Under the pieces are notes generated by a model. It was not told the DNA's origin. It was given only the letters and a program-made list of their open reading frames with translations, and ran no database searches. Source: Octopus vulgaris (taxonomy: Eukaryota). From it: 64,000 bases of DNA. Position 1 is the stretch's first letter. Every line of letters begins with the position of its first letter. Where the stretch lies: the NCBI GenBank assembly GCA_951406725.2, contig OX597829.1:3348001-3412000 (forward strand). The letters run 5' to 3'. The position numbers and the translations under genes are program-made. This document shows, piece after piece, positions 62,807 through 64,000 of the stretch.

Positions 62807-64000
62807 ACTCAACAAACTCTTAATTCACTTCTTTCTTTCTTAAACACATTTCTCTCGACATATATTACTACATCGATGTTCATATCTTTTCTCCCCTACT
62901 TTTATAAATTGTATATTTCCTACATGAACAGATCTTATTCTGTTCTTTTTAATTTTTTTTTCCTTACCCTCTTAGCCACACACTATTAGTAACATACATA
63001 CACACACATACTATTAGTAACACACACATACTATTAGTAATATACATACACACACACACACATACATTTATGTATACACACACGCACACATAGTGATATG
63101 TAATAGACACACATGCGCTTCACATGGCATTTTCTCTTCTACACACACATTAATACAGACACGCACTTTATCTGTTCTTCACTTTATATCAAAAATGGTC
63201 GATGCACTAACTTTTCGGGGTCTTTTTCATTTTATTTAATTCCTTTCTAAATAAATTCCCCCCCGTCTTGAAGCGACGTTCCCATTATTTCTGTCGGATC
63301 CACATGGATGTTTGTGTATCTTATTATCTACGGAGGTGTATAGCATTGGAATTATTATTATAAATGTGGAAACATTGCCGTTGTTTCCTTGTTTAATTTG
63401 GGTAAAGAGAGTGAGAGAGAAAAGTTATCGATCTCCCAAGTGAATTATTATTTGCTGGAGAAGAAGGAGATCTGGCCAGGCAGGCAGGCATTTTCACAGT
63501 TAAATAACCATTCCGGTTAGTTATATCGTTGGTAATGGCCAACACACATAAAAAAAAAAAAACCCCAATTAACTTGAAATATTTTGTGCAAAAAGATGAG
63601 TTTTATGTAAGAAAATAATATTTCAAAATTGGTGGCTTTCGGCGGGGATCTTGGCGTCATTATTGTTTAGCCCCAGGTCAACCTGGATTGAGCAAATATA
63701 TGTAACAGACAGATATTAATTTCAGTCTTGACCATCCCCTTCTTGTATGGTAAAATGTACATTTTATAAAGAACCATCCTTCTTTCAAGAGGGTGGGATG
63801 TCAGGGGGGTATTTTTTTAGCTGCTATTTCTAGCGACCATGTGCATTCTTCTGTCATTGTCTCTATTTATTACAGGTAGATATAGGTAAAAATGGGCCAT
63901 TTAGAAAAAAAAAAAAAAAACTCGGAATTTTTTTGTCGAATGTAATCATTGGTGTTTGCCTTGTTTCTGTAACTGAGGCAAATAAAAAAAAAGGGGGGGG

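Overview
Eukaryotic, AT-rich, microsatellite-dense DNA with no recognisable intact host protein-coding gene. The repeat make-up (RTE LINEs with (GAT)n tails, CORE- and Nin-type tRNA SINEs, very dense (TA)n/(CA)n/(TATC)n) points to a coleoid cephalopod such as Octopus; this is an inference. About 0-59.9 kb is mostly decayed transposons: at least three RTE LINE families (one GC-rich and nearly intact), a CR1/L2 3' end, R4/Dong-like and Hero-like LINEs, an internally deleted Gypsy provirus with a 5-bp TSD, Tc1/mariner elements of DD34D, DD36E and DD37D types, piggyBac-type and other MITEs, Helitron-like elements, four SINE families and a Penelope-like GIY-YIG remnant. The most notable signal is about 13 dispersed, mutually divergent hammerhead ribozyme motifs (CUGANGA-stem II-GAAA-minimal stem III-UH). 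Several lie in or beside fold-back inverted repeats, which suggests many families of small non-autonomous Penelope/retrozyme-like elements. From about 59.9 kb to the end the sequence is nearly TE-free, keeps its CpGs and carries NRF1 and YY1 motifs, consistent with a host promoter or 5' region. All calls were made by eye; boundaries are approximate unless TSDs or TIRs are quoted.
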